From an uncultured Nitrospiraceae bacterium (GTDB lineage: Bacteria > Nitrospirota > UBA9217), in NCBI GenBank assembly GCA_964447405.1, contig CAYUSP010000003.1:691723-755722 (forward strand): a DNA stretch of 64,000 nucleotides, given 5' to 3'. Position numbers and translations under genes: made by a program. The notes beneath the pieces were generated by a model. The model did not search any database and was not told the origin of the DNA. It worked only from the letters and a program-made list of their open reading frames with translations. Positions 18,584 to 28,665 of the stretch are shown here, piece by piece (position 1 is the stretch's first letter; each line of letters opens with the position of its first letter).

Positions 18584-19309
18584 ATGATCGCCCTGCTCTG
18601 TTCAGTCAACGCTGAAGCGGATATTCTTCTGCCGCTCATAGATGTTTCCCGATCCTCCGCAATAGGTTCCAAAATGATCGTTGAGGGGACGGTGTCTGAC
18701 CAGCAGGTGCTGCTGTGCGTGGGAGGAATGGGCAAGGTTAATGCGGGACACGCGGCAACGCTGCTGCTCGACCGGTTCGATCCGGAGGTTATCATCAGTT
18801 TCGGGATCGGGGGTGCATACCCCTCGTCAGGCGCACGCATCGGGGATATCGCCCTCGCGCAGGAAGAGATCGCCGGCGATGAAGGGGTACTGACCCTGGA
18901 CGGATTCAAGGATACGGAGTATATCGGTATTCCGCTCCTGAAAACAGCATCTGCAGTCATCTATACAACGTATCCCGCGCCAACAGCCTTGCTGAAGCAG
19001 GCGCTTCACTCATTAGTTTCCCGTCCGCATGAGGGCAATATTCATGTGGGAAAATTCGTCACCTTATCCACCTGCACCGGCACTGCATCCCGGGCCCGGG
19101 AGCTTGAAGAGCGCCATCACGGGCTCTGCGAGAACATGGAGGGAGCGGCCGTGGCCCAGGTTGCGATGCTGCATAACCTGCCGTGGCTTGAGGTGCGGGG
19201 CATATCGAACATGGTCGAGGACCGAGATCCGAAGAAATGGGACATTTCACGCGCCACGGCGGCCGTACAGAACGCGGTCCTTACCATGCTCGCCGGATGG
19301 CGGTTATGA
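18584..19309 (+). CDS. mqnB: Futalosine hydrolase (MTA/SAH nucleosidase family)
   Basis: PNP/UDP-phosphorylase fold motifs. Adjacent to the mqnA/D-family gene. Confidence 0.65.
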   Translation: MIALLCSVNAEADILLPLIDVSRSSAIGSKMIVEGTVSDQQVLLCVGGMGKVNAGHAATLLLDRFDPEVIISFGIGGAYPSSGARIGDIALAQEEIAGDEGVLTLDGFKDTEYIGIPLLKTASAVIYTTYPAPTALLKQALHSLVSRPHEGNIHVGKFVTLSTCTGTASRARELEERHHGLCENMEGAAVAQVAMLHNLPWLEVRGISNMVEDRDPKKWDISRATAAVQNAVLTMLAGWRL

Positions 19310-20145
19310 CTGCCGTGCTCACGATAGGCTACTCGCCCTGTCCTAACGATACCTATATTTTCTACGCTCTCACCCACGGCAAAGTAAGGATTCCGAATAT
19401 CGCCTTCCGTGAACAACTTGATGACGTCGAGACGCTGAACCGCATGGCACTCGAGGGTACGCTCGACATCACCAAGATTTCCTACCACGCCCTCGGCCAT
19501 CTGCGCGAGCAATACGCCCTGCTCCGGTCCGGCAGCGCGCTTGGCCGGGGATGCGGCCCGCTCGTGGTTACAAAACCGGGAACAACGCTGGATTTGGTCA
19601 GGAAAGGTTTGATCGCCATTCCCGGCGAACTCACGACAGCCCATCTTCTCCTTCGTCTCTTCGATCCCCAGATCACGAATCTAAAGGTGATGGCCTTCGA
19701 CCGCATCATGGACGCGGTAGCGCACGGGGAAGTTTTGGCCGGGCTTATCATCCACGAGAGTCGATTCACCTATCCATTGTACAAACTCGAAAAACTTATC
19801 GACCTCGGTGAATGGTGGGAGCGGTTCTCCAACCTACCGATCCCCCTGGGCGGCATCCTGGGCAGGCGTGCGCTCGGCAAAGATGTTTTACTTCGGGTGG
19901 AAGCCGGCATCCGGGAAAGCCTGCATTATGCGAATTCACACCCCGATGAGGTGCTGTCCTATTGTAAACAGCACAGCCAGGAGATGGATGAATCCGTGAT
20001 GAAGGACCACATAGACCTGTATGTGAATGACTTCTCACTTGACCTGGGAAAGGATGGCATGGCTGCGGTGCGGAGGCTTTTTGATGAAGCCGAGGCGCGG
20101 GGAATCTTTCCCCGTTCGGACATGCCGTTGCTTGCTGGGGAGTGA
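19297..20145 (+). CDS. mqnD: MqnA/MqnD family protein (likely 1,4-dihydroxy-6-naphthoate synthase)
   Basis: TIGYSPCPNDTYIFYAL motif typical of MqnA/MqnD. Confidence 0.6.
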   Translation: MAVMTAVLTIGYSPCPNDTYIFYALTHGKVRIPNIAFREQLDDVETLNRMALEGTLDITKISYHALGHLREQYALLRSGSALGRGCGPLVVTKPGTTLDLVRKGLIAIPGELTTAHLLLRLFDPQITNLKVMAFDRIMDAVAHGEVLAGLIIHESRFTYPLYKLEKLIDLGEWWERFSNLPIPLGGILGRRALGKDVLLRVEAGIRESLHYANSHPDEVLSYCKQHSQEMDESVMKDHIDLYVNDFSLDLGKDGMAAVRRLFDEAEARGIFPRSDMPLLAGE

Positions 20146-20246
20146 ATTTATTATGCAGGGACGCTGATGAGTATGCTATACTTTTTTCACGTTGACAGAC
20201 CGCGGAATTGCGCGATCAAACACTAAGAAGATTCGAGGGAGGCGCT

Positions 20247-20807
20247 ATGGTTGGCTGGATACTGCTTGCTGTGCTTGGCCTGGTCATTATCTGGATCATC
20301 GTGATCTATAATGGGCTCGTATCGTTACGGAACGAGGTGCAGAATGCGTGGAAGCAGATCGATGTGCAGTTGAAACGCAGGCATGATCTGATCCCGAACC
20401 TGGTGGCAGCTGTGAAAGGCGCGCTGGAATTCGAACAGGACACCCTCGAAAAAGTGATTTCAGCCCGGGCAAAGGCCGTTTCCGCGGGATCTGCCGCATC
20501 CAAAGCCGACGCTGAGAACATGCTGACCCAGGCCATCGGAAAGCTCTTTGCCGTGATGGAGAACTACCCCGCGCTCAAAAGCAACGAAAACGTCCTGCGT
20601 CTCCAGGAGGAGTTGACCTCAACCGAGAACAGGATTTCCTTCGCGCGACAGTTGTATAATGACCTCGTTGCTAATTACCGGACCAGGCTCCAGGTCTTCC
20701 CGAACAATATCATTTCGTCAATGTTCAACTTTCAGACCGAGGAATATTTTTCAGCCGAGGAGCAGGCCAAGGCCACACCGGCTGTGAATCTGAGCATAAG
20801 GAAATAG
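20247..20807 (+). CDS. lemA: LemA family membrane protein
   Basis: N-terminal TM helix followed by the conserved LemA region (NAWKQIDVQLKRRHDLIPNLV). Confidence 0.8.
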   Translation: MVGWILLAVLGLVIIWIIVIYNGLVSLRNEVQNAWKQIDVQLKRRHDLIPNLVAAVKGALEFEQDTLEKVISARAKAVSAGSAASKADAENMLTQAIGKLFAVMENYPALKSNENVLRLQEELTSTENRISFARQLYNDLVANYRTRLQVFPNNIISSMFNFQTEEYFSAEEQAKATPAVNLSIRK

Positions 20808-20810
20808 AAC

Positions 20811-20920
20811 GGACAGAAGTAAGAAGACAGACTGAACCAATATACCGCACGCTTGTATACCTTGTCTATTGTCTGACTTCTCTCTTCTGTCCTCTGTCTT
20901 CTGTCCTCTGTCTTCTGACC
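20811..20920. repeat. Gene-less inverted-repeat element of the GGACAGAAGTAAGAAG family
   Basis: Left arm ggacagaagtaagaag (identical 16-mer to 29286-29301). Right arm cttctctcttctgtcctctgtcttctgtcctctgtcttctg (imperfect reverse complement, internally tandem). Confidence 0.6.
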
Positions 20921-20926
20921 CTCACC

Positions 20927-22561
20927 ATGCCCCTTACCTTTATTGACATAGAACGGCAGAAGAGCTGGCGCATAGGAATCTTTTTCCTCGTTCTCCTCGC
21001 GTTGTACCTCGTGATAGCGGCTCTCTTTGTAACCGCCTTTTTCCCCATTCCCTGGCATGGCGCGCTGCAGTTCTGGTTGATTGTCGGACTGGCTGCGCTG
21101 TTCATTGCAGGGATTCACTTCTGGTTCTCCGCATATGACACGGTCAGGACGGTAATACAAGGCCTCGAAGGCCAGCCGCCCGATCCTCAGGACGACGTGC
21201 ATACGATGTTCCTGAACATCATACAGGAGATCCAGGTCGTGACCGGGAGCAAACGGAAGATTCAGTGCACCGTGATTCCCTCATTCTCCCTGAATGCGCT
21301 GGCGGTTGCGGATCTCAGGGGCGAGGCTGCGATAGGAATCACGGAAGGTCTGCTGTCGCGCCTTACCCGGCCCCAGCTCGAAGCGGTCATCGCGCATGAA
21401 GCGCACCACATCCTTTCAGGGGATTGCCTGGAAGCCACCGTAGCTGCAAGCCTGTTCGGCACGTATGTATCTGCCATTGAAAAAATGAGCGCGACGTCAC
21501 AGGGCCGGGCCTTTGCGTCGCCCACGCTCCTGCTGGCCTGGCTGCTGATGAAACTGAGCCAGCTCCTGAACATGTTCATTTCTCGCGAGCGCGAGTACCG
21601 GGCCGACGCCGCAGCTGTACGCATGACCAGAAACCCCATCGCGCTCGCAGAGACACTCTATATGCTGTCGCGAAGCTGGCGGGGCGCTGGTTTTATCGGC
21701 AGCGGATACGAAATGCTCTGTATCGTGAATCCCCGATCAGCGTTCATGGACGAAACCGAAGGATTCTGGGCCGACCTGCTGTCCACGCATCCTCCGCTCC
21801 GGAAAAGGATGGACATTCTGCTTTCCATGGCGCATGCGAACATCGCTGAATTGGATGCCCGTTCAGCGGGGGCAGCAGATCACAAGCCGACAAAGGTGGA
21901 ACTTCGATACTATGCCATGAATCCCCAGCAAAAGTGGCAGGGGCCGTTCACGCCGGCAGAACTCGGCGAACTGCTGTGGTTGTCGCCCCTTACCTGGGTC
22001 ACGCAGGGCAAGAATCATCCCGTGGACCGCGCTTCGAAAGAGCCTTCCCTCAACGCCATTTTCATGGCTAAACTTGCCTCGCAGGAGCGGCCTCTTTCGG
22101 ATTTTTCCTGCCCTGCCTGCAGCCAGCAGCTCGTTATAAGTTCTTATGAAGGCACTCAGATCTATCAATGCAGATTTTGTTCCGGCATTCTGGTGGATAT
22201 GATGAAAATACCCCGGATCATCGCTCGAACAAGCCGGGAGCGTCTGTGCTCGGAGAGGATCGTATCTCTTGCCAAGGCAGTCGCTTCGGCAAATCAAATG
22301 AAAGTTACGCTTCAGAAACACGCTGCGGGTGGGCATAAGGCGGTTGCGCTTCTGCCGTGCCCGAAATGCGGCAATCCCATGTTCAGGTGCTTTTACAGCC
22401 AGGCCCACCTGATTGAAATAGACCGCTGCAGTTTCTGCAGCCTCACATGGTTCGAGCAGGACGAGCTCGAAATGCTGCAATGCATGATAGAGCACAGGTT
22501 GATGCCGGATGTCACCGGGCAGGAACAGATTACTCTGCCAACTGCTGAAGCATGGATTTAA
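20927..22561 (+). CDS. M48 family (HtpX-like) zinc metallopeptidase with a C-terminal tandem zinc-ribbon extension
   Basis: TM helices. HEAHH zinc-binding motif. C-terminal CPACSQ...CRFCSG and CPKCGN...CSFCS pairs. Confidence 0.75.
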   Translation: MPLTFIDIERQKSWRIGIFFLVLLALYLVIAALFVTAFFPIPWHGALQFWLIVGLAALFIAGIHFWFSAYDTVRTVIQGLEGQPPDPQDDVHTMFLNIIQEIQVVTGSKRKIQCTVIPSFSLNALAVADLRGEAAIGITEGLLSRLTRPQLEAVIAHEAHHILSGDCLEATVAASLFGTYVSAIEKMSATSQGRAFASPTLLLAWLLMKLSQLLNMFISREREYRADAAAVRMTRNPIALAETLYMLSRSWRGAGFIGSGYEMLCIVNPRSAFMDETEGFWADLLSTHPPLRKRMDILLSMAHANIAELDARSAGAADHKPTKVELRYYAMNPQQKWQGPFTPAELGELLWLSPLTWVTQGKNHPVDRASKEPSLNAIFMAKLASQERPLSDFSCPACSQQLVISSYEGTQIYQCRFCSGILVDMMKIPRIIARTSRERLCSERIVSLAKAVASANQMKVTLQKHAAGGHKAVALLPCPKCGNPMFRCFYSQAHLIEIDRCSFCSLTWFEQDELEMLQCMIEHRLMPDVTGQEQITLPTAEAWI

Positions 22562-22576
22562 AGGACGCGAACATAC

Positions 22577-23251
22577 ATGATCACGATTAAGTTATTTGCG
22601 AATCTGAAGGACAAGGCAGGAAAGAGCGAGCTGCATATAGCTGCACAACAACTCACCCTATCAGACCTTATTGAGCGGATTGCCCGGGAGCATCCCGCCC
22701 TGTCCGAAATGCTATCCTGCGGCAGGATCATTGTATCTATCAATCAGGAGCTCGCGGGCAGGGATGCACTGATCAAGGATGGCGATGAAGTTGCGCTTAT
22801 GCCGCCGTTCTCGGGAGGTGGTCCGTCAGCGGGCGTAGTCCGAATACAGAAAGAGCCTTTTTCCATAGAAGAGGAAACAACTCGGCTGAAAACCTCATCA
22901 GCGTCCATCGGAGCGATTGTGGCATTCCTCGGGACTACCCGCGATATATCCAGGAATAAAAAGGTATCCCAGCTGGAGTTCGAACACTATCCCGGCATGG
23001 CGGAAAAAATGCTTCTCGAGTTGAGAGAGCGGGCGATCAGGGATTATAGGATACTCGATGCGACGATCATACACCGCACCGGCATCATACCCGCGGGCGA
23101 CGACATCGTCCTCGTCCTCGTCGCGGCCGGGCACCGCGACGAAGCATTTGCAGCATGCCGCTTCTGCATTGATGAACTAAAGAGAACTGCGCCTATCTGG
23201 AAAAAAGAGACCACGCCGGAAGGCGAGGTGTGGGTGGAGGAACATCCATGA
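22577..23251 (+). CDS. moaDE: Fused molybdopterin synthase sulfur-carrier (MoaD) and catalytic (MoaE) subunits
   Basis: N-terminal ~85 aa ends in GG (MPPFSGGG) like MoaD. The remainder matches MoaE. Confidence 0.75.
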   Translation: MITIKLFANLKDKAGKSELHIAAQQLTLSDLIERIAREHPALSEMLSCGRIIVSINQELAGRDALIKDGDEVALMPPFSGGGPSAGVVRIQKEPFSIEEETTRLKTSSASIGAIVAFLGTTRDISRNKKVSQLEFEHYPGMAEKMLLELRERAIRDYRILDATIIHRTGIIPAGDDIVLVLVAAGHRDEAFAACRFCIDELKRTAPIWKKETTPEGEVWVEEHP

Positions 23252-23372
23252 GGCAGAGGTTAGAAGATTGATGACAGGCAAACCCAATAAAGCTCTTTGG
23301 TTCAGACTGCTATCTTTAATCTCTTGTTAGTCTGTCTTCTGACAGTCTGTTCTTATCGTCTTTTGTGCTCAA

Positions 23373-23768
23373 TTATTTCTTCGCTACTTTTTTCCCGTCC
23401 CGGAGGAAGACAACGCAGGTTGTGCAGTCCGCGTCCTGCCGGCATCGGGTGGTTTCCCAGCAGGGTTTGCTCTTGTTCGTGAATGCCGTGCAGATTACCC
23501 GACGATCGTCCGGGCAGTCCCGTATCTCCCAGCAAGGTGCGTAATCAAGTAGTTTCTTGATCCCTTCAATGCTGATTTTCTTCGCATGGATCAGTTCACG
23601 GATACATCGCAGCCACTTAATATCATTTTCCGTATAGAGCCGGTTCCTGCGCTCCCGTGTCGGAAGAATGAGGCCGTGCTTTTCATAGAGGCGCAGCGTC
23701 TGTGCCGTCGTCCCGACGAGTTTGGCTGCAATACCCATGGTATAGAGCGGAGCATCCTTGTCTTTCAT
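23373..23768 (-). CDS. MerR-family HTH regulator with a duplicated Cys-rich C-terminal motif
   Basis: N-term YTMGIAAKLVGTTAQTLRLYEKHGL (MerR HTH). C-term PCWEIRDC...ICT and PCWETTRC...CTTC (7 Cys). Confidence 0.65.
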   Translation of the reverse strand: MKDKDAPLYTMGIAAKLVGTTAQTLRLYEKHGLILPTRERRNRLYTENDIKWLRCIRELIHAKKISIEGIKKLLDYAPCWEIRDCPDDRRVICTAFTNKSKPCWETTRCRQDADCTTCVVFLRDGKKVAKK

Positions 23769-23818
23769 TGCATCGAGGCTTTCTGGTGCCATATGTTTTT
23801 TCTGTTCCCTTCGGATTT

Positions 23819-24535
23819 TTACCGTGGAATAAGGATTGTCATTTTATCCAGAATCAGCAGCACGCCCATGATGATCAGGATGATGCCGCTGGTGATCTTG
23901 ACTGCCTTGAAATGTTTTTTTAACACATTGAATGACGAAAGGAAGGCGCTGATGGCGATGGCCGAAAGGATGAATGGTACGCCAAGACCGAGCGAATAAA
24001 ACATGAGCAGTGTCATCCCGCTTCCCAGCGTATCGCTCGTCACGGCAAGAGCAAGGACCGATCCCAGAAAAGGCCCGGTGCATGGCGTCCAACCTGCTCC
24101 GAAGATCATACCGACGACAACCGTACCCAAATAACCTGCGGGCCGCGATTTAAGACTGAGCTTTGCTTCCTGCTGCAAAAATGGGATGTTGACGACATCC
24201 ATCACAAATACACCCATGATAATAACCAGCACTCCTCCCACAATACGAATGACATCGAGGTGCTGCGAAAGTATGCTGCCCGCAAGGCTCGCCGTGGCGC
24301 CGAGGAGCACGAAAATGATCGAGAACCCCGCCACGAATGCCAGTGAATGGAGCAGGGTAATGCTCATGTTCTTCCGGCGCGTCTCCCTGCTGACCAACTC
24401 GTCGTAACTGATCCCGGTTATATAGGAAACGTAGGAGGGGATAAGCGGCAGAATGCAGGGAGAAGCAAAAGAAATAATCCCCATGACGAGTGAGTAAAGC
24501 AGGACATACGGCGTCAAACCATGCGAAAGGTCCAT
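23819..24535 (-). CDS. ccdA: Cytochrome c biogenesis / thiol-disulfide transporter CcdA (DsbD family)
   Basis: FASPCILPLIPSYV and a second Cys in TM4. 6 TM helices. Confidence 0.8.
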   Translation of the reverse strand: MDLSHGLTPYVLLYSLVMGIISFASPCILPLIPSYVSYITGISYDELVSRETRRKNMSITLLHSLAFVAGFSIIFVLLGATASLAGSILSQHLDVIRIVGGVLVIIMGVFVMDVVNIPFLQQEAKLSLKSRPAGYLGTVVVGMIFGAGWTPCTGPFLGSVLALAVTSDTLGSGMTLLMFYSLGLGVPFILSAIAISAFLSSFNVLKKHFKAVKITSGIILIIMGVLLILDKMTILIPR

Positions 24536-24806
24536 GCAGGATAATCTCCCTTTAAAAACAGCAATGCATAATACCAAAGCAGGTCAAATTTAGTCAAGCA
24601 ATACTTTTGTTATTCTCGGGTTGATGTGTTCTAAAGTTCAGACTATGCCGGGTTTTTCGCTTGATATTTCTCTGTTGCCGGCACACTCGTTCCGCACGCC
24701 ATTCCCACAGACACACGGCATTTTTTTTATTGACAAAGAATGGCAAGTTCACTATTCTTCAGCTCGAATCAATCGCAGCAATTCTGTGCATAGGAGGATC
24801 AATTCG

Positions 24807-25433
24807 ATGTACATCGATCAACCGATACGACAGTTTATGGACAAACTGGCCAGCAAATCTCCCGAACCTGGAGGCGGCAGCGTAGCAGCGCTTACCGGAT
24901 CGCTCGGTGCGGCACTGGTAAGCATGGTCTCGAATCTCACCCTCGGTAAGGAAAAATACAAGGACGTTCAGCCTCAGATCGAACAGTTGCTCAAGGAATC
25001 GGAAAAACTGCGAACAGAAATGCAGGACCTCATCCAGAAGGACACCGAAGTATATGGCGCTCTTTCCGAAGTTTACAAGATGCCAAAGAATACTGATGCG
25101 GAAAAAGCTGCGCGCACTGCAAAGATGCAGGTGGCGTTGAAAAATGCCTGCCAGGTTCCCTTTGACATCGGGATGAAATCACTGGAAGTGGCGAAACTCG
25201 CCCGTCGCGCTGCCGATATCGGGAATGTTGGCGCGGTCAGCGACGCGGGCGTGGCCGTGCTGCTCGCCCAGGCCTGTGCGCAGAGTGCCGCGCTCAATGT
25301 CAAGATCAACGTGAACAGCATCAAGGATGATGCATACAACCAAGACACCTGGACACGCATGCAGGATGTGCTCGGCCAGGTTGCGGCTCTGGAAAAATCA
25401 GTGATGGAAACGACGTATAAGAAAATGGGCTAA
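24807..25433 (+). CDS. Methenyl-THF cyclohydrolase / formiminotransferase-cyclodeaminase C-domain (FtcD-like)
   Basis: PEPGGGSVAALTGSLGAALVSMV motif. RBS aggagg at 24794. Confidence 0.7.
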   Translation: MYIDQPIRQFMDKLASKSPEPGGGSVAALTGSLGAALVSMVSNLTLGKEKYKDVQPQIEQLLKESEKLRTEMQDLIQKDTEVYGALSEVYKMPKNTDAEKAARTAKMQVALKNACQVPFDIGMKSLEVAKLARRAADIGNVGAVSDAGVAVLLAQACAQSAALNVKINVNSIKDDAYNQDTWTRMQDVLGQVAALEKSVMETTYKKMG

Positions 25434-25570
25434 AATATTGGGTCATGTAGCATGGGTCAAGCAGCAAGGATCCAAGAGCGGGCGGTAACGATCTTGTTTG
25501 ATGGTTCTCCCCATGCTACTTGCTACAGTGCTTTTGCTACTTGACCCTCTTCGACGAAGGAGAAGAACAC

Positions 25571-26422
25571 ATGTCAGCTAAACTATTAACCGGCAAAGAA
25601 GTTGCTCAGAAGATGGACCAGGATATCCAGAAGGATGTCCAGGAGCTCAAGACGAAGGGTTGCAATCCAGCGCTCAGGATCATGATCGTGGGCGATGCGG
25701 AAGATTCGATCTTTTACGCGAACAGCGCAAAAAAGATGGCGGAAAAGAACGGCATTGCCTGTGAAATAGAGCAGGTTGCCGGAACTACAAGTCAGGCAGA
25801 CTTTGTCAGCACGCTTAAACAGCGGAACGCGGACAAGAACATTCACGGTATCATCGTCATGCGGCCGTTCCCAAAACAGATCAGCGAAGATGTTGTAAAA
25901 CACATTCTCGCTCCGGAAAAAGATATTGACTGCTTCAATCCAGTGAACGCCGGCAAGATCATGGCCGGCGATATGACCGGCTTCCCGCCGGCAACCCCCC
26001 AGGCAGTCATGGAAATCCTGAAATTCTATCAGATCCCCATGAGCGGCAAGGAAGCGGTGGTCATCGGCCGCTCCATGGTTGTGGGCAAGCCTATGTCCAT
26101 GCTGCTGTTGGGTGAGAACGCGACAGTCACCGTATGCCACTCAAAAACGCAGGACCTTCCTGGCGTTTGCCGCAGAGCAGACATTCTTGTTGCAGCAATC
26201 GGCAAGGCAAAGATGATCACAAAGGACTATATCAAGCAGGGCGCCACGGTCATGGATGTGGGAATTAATCCGGAAGGTGATAAGTTCGTGGGTGATGTGG
26301 ACACCGAACCGGCAAAGGATGTTGCCGGAGCTATAACTCCGGTCCCCGGTGGTGTGGGCACGGTCACGACGCGTGTGCTGCTCAAGCATGTCGTTAAAGC
26401 AGCGAAACTGCAGAACCCATAA
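25571..26422 (+). CDS. folD: Bifunctional methylene-THF dehydrogenase / methenyl-THF cyclohydrolase
   Basis: Full-length FolD (VIGRSMVVGKPMSMLLL...PVPGGVGTVT). Confidence 0.9.
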   Translation: MSAKLLTGKEVAQKMDQDIQKDVQELKTKGCNPALRIMIVGDAEDSIFYANSAKKMAEKNGIACEIEQVAGTTSQADFVSTLKQRNADKNIHGIIVMRPFPKQISEDVVKHILAPEKDIDCFNPVNAGKIMAGDMTGFPPATPQAVMEILKFYQIPMSGKEAVVIGRSMVVGKPMSMLLLGENATVTVCHSKTQDLPGVCRRADILVAAIGKAKMITKDYIKQGATVMDVGINPEGDKFVGDVDTEPAKDVAGAITPVPGGVGTVTTRVLLKHVVKAAKLQNP

Positions 26423-26577
26423 CGAGAGATCAATGGTTTTGGCAAGAACCAAGGACAAAATAGCAGAGCAAAGCAGAAATTCAGGTTTGAAAGCTGCATA
26501 GTACGTCGAACTTATACCTGTTACCGCCATTCCGGTGAAGAGCGGAATCCGGATTCACCGTTACATCGCATAACATA

Positions 26578-26616
26578 AAAAACCCCCGGGAGATTGCTCC
26601 CCCGGGGGTTTGTTTT
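26578..26616. terminator. Bidirectional Rho-independent terminator (aaaaaacccccgggagattgctcccccgggggtttgtttttg)
   Basis: Perfect GC-rich hairpin flanked by an A-run and a T-run. Convergent genes folD (+) and OMP (-). Confidence 0.75.
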
Positions 26617-26653
26617 TGCTTCCGTATCAGCACAATTACTGTGCGAACACGAT

Positions 26654-27952
26654 TTAGAACGCCATGGTAAGCACGCCCTGGATGTTGGTTGAAGCATCCT
26701 TGCCCAGACCTGCGCCCGGGATAAGATGGCCGACAACCCAGTTCCAGGTCACGCCATCAGCAAGCTTCCAGTTCGCCTTGAGGTCGATTTCGTTTCCGAG
26801 CTCGGAAGTATCTGCACCACCAACTTCCTTCTTGTTCGCGACCTTTTCCGTGGCCTGCAGAATCCAGATATCGCCGCCAATGCTCAGGTTCTTTGTAGCT
26901 GCGAACATGGCGCCTGCATTAAGCGCTGTGGTACCGCAGAAGCCCTGGTTCTTCGCGCCGCATGCACCAGCGACCAAGAATTCATAGACCAGCGTGTAGT
27001 GAACATCCTTGTCAAGGAAGGTGACCATTTGATTGAAGTCAGGTGAGGTCGAATTGCGCTTGACGCCGGAACCGCGGGCTACGGTAAAGTTCACCGTGAG
27101 AGCATCCATCGGCACTTTGCCTTCGATTACGATCTGGTTGCCCTTGAGTTTTGCCGAGGTGGTAGCACCCTTTGCTGTGCCAGACTGCATGTCAAGTTCA
27201 GCCTTGAGATCGATCGGGCCGACTTTGCCGCCAAAATGCAAGCCGACGTTCGTGGCTTTCGTGTCATAACCGGCTGTATTGAATCCAAAGCCATTTCGAC
27301 GGTCATTCGCCTGTAAGATGTTGATACCGGCTGTGGCATCACCAAACTTGTTGGTGGCAACGAGCACATAGGCATCAATGTCATCGCTGGCATTGATCGC
27401 TCCCTCGGAGATCTTCACATCCACTACGCCAAGATGGAGTCCGCCGAAATCAGCATAGGCTACTAAGGCATCGGAACCATACTTGTTGGAACGAATGAAC
27501 CAAGCATTGCTGAGCTGAAGGAACATATGACCAGCCTTGAAAAAGACTGGCGTTCCCGGGATCGGGGTCAGGAGCCATGCTTCGCGAAGCTTGATGCGGC
27601 TTGCGGGACCAGTGGTGGCAACGTAATTGCCAGCTGTATTCGTGCCACCGGTCACTACCGTCGTGGTTCCCTGCTCTGCTTCATATCTGCCGAATGTGTC
27701 CCAGTCGTTCTCGATCGTCACTTTAGCCTTGGCATCGCCTGCCTTGGCATTAATGTCAATGCGAACTCTCTCCTGCGTGCTAACGTCTCTTGTGGCGCTC
27801 GTGTCAGCTGTTGCATCACTAAAATCCAGGTTGTTGAAATTCTTGCTTCTCAAAAATACCTGCCCGCCTATGGTAACATCCGCGGCCAGGGCCACCGTAC
27901 TGATCATAACCATCGCCAGTGCCAACAGTACTACGAAATACTTCTTCATCAT
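26654..27952 (-). CDS. Outer-membrane beta-barrel protein / porin (hypothetical)
   Basis: Signal peptide, alternating amphipathic beta-strand character, C-terminal aromatic (…LTMAF). Confidence 0.5.
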   Translation of the reverse strand: MMKKYFVVLLALAMVMISTVALAADVTIGGQVFLRSKNFNNLDFSDATADTSATRDVSTQERVRIDINAKAGDAKAKVTIENDWDTFGRYEAEQGTTTVVTGGTNTAGNYVATTGPASRIKLREAWLLTPIPGTPVFFKAGHMFLQLSNAWFIRSNKYGSDALVAYADFGGLHLGVVDVKISEGAINASDDIDAYVLVATNKFGDATAGINILQANDRRNGFGFNTAGYDTKATNVGLHFGGKVGPIDLKAELDMQSGTAKGATTSAKLKGNQIVIEGKVPMDALTVNFTVARGSGVKRNSTSPDFNQMVTFLDKDVHYTLVYEFLVAGACGAKNQGFCGTTALNAGAMFAATKNLSIGGDIWILQATEKVANKKEVGGADTSELGNEIDLKANWKLADGVTWNWVVGHLIPGAGLGKDASTNIQGVLTMAF

Positions 27953-28665
27953 TCATCCTCCCTTAACATTGATTTTGCCCCGAATTGCTCCGGAACACAA
28001 GGTAACCTCTTTTTTATCTACAACTCAAAATGATGCCGATGCATTATTGCGGTTTATTGGGACAGCACCCCCCCTTTCATCTTTGTATCAAAATTTTGAA
28101 CAAACGAAGGATAGAGACTCAAGTCCACATAGTGAGCTGATGTGCATTTCAAATTTTACTGCATTTCTTGTATTTTTTTTGCGGAATCCCTTGCTGCTGC
28201 TTTTGGGACAACTGATGTATTGCTCAACGCGAACACGTTGGCAATGGTGATATGTAGGTCTGTCAGTGGTTATCATTGATTGATAATTTCATACGAATCT
28301 GCCACTAGCACAAACAACTACAAACAACGAAATGTGAAAACCGGGGAAGACAAAACACGTGATGCAAGCATTCAATGAGCATTTGGAAGCAATTGAAGTA
28401 GGGCAAATATAACAAAGTCGCATAGTCAAGTCAAGACTTTTCTACCTCATTGAAATGGGAATAAAACATGATCAGTTGCAGATTACCGAAACTATAAACT
28501 CGCTGACTTGCTGACGTAGAAAAGATTGCCCGCGCATATAACACCATTCATTCATGAAACAGGTCCCAAAAAGTCTGACGTACCTCAGCTGCGATTTGAT
28601 CAATCAGTCGGACCTGTGGCTAACCAGTCGCCGCCAATTCCCGGGATCATCATTTCAGTTTCCCC

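Noticed and set aside
24536-24806. Possible ZTP/THF-type riboswitch in the 270-nt leader upstream of the FtcD-like/folD one-carbon genes
   Set aside because: The context is right, but I could not find the conserved ZTP core (GACUGGC ... CCGGGCGCA pseudoknot) or THF motif by eye. Only a T-run and weak stems are visible.
28200-28665. Sigma-54 promoter (TGGCAC-N5-TTGC) for the adjacent NtrC-like activator
   Set aside because: The TTGGCAatggtgat and similar candidates fail the GG-N10-GC spacing. No convincing -24/-12 element was found by eye.
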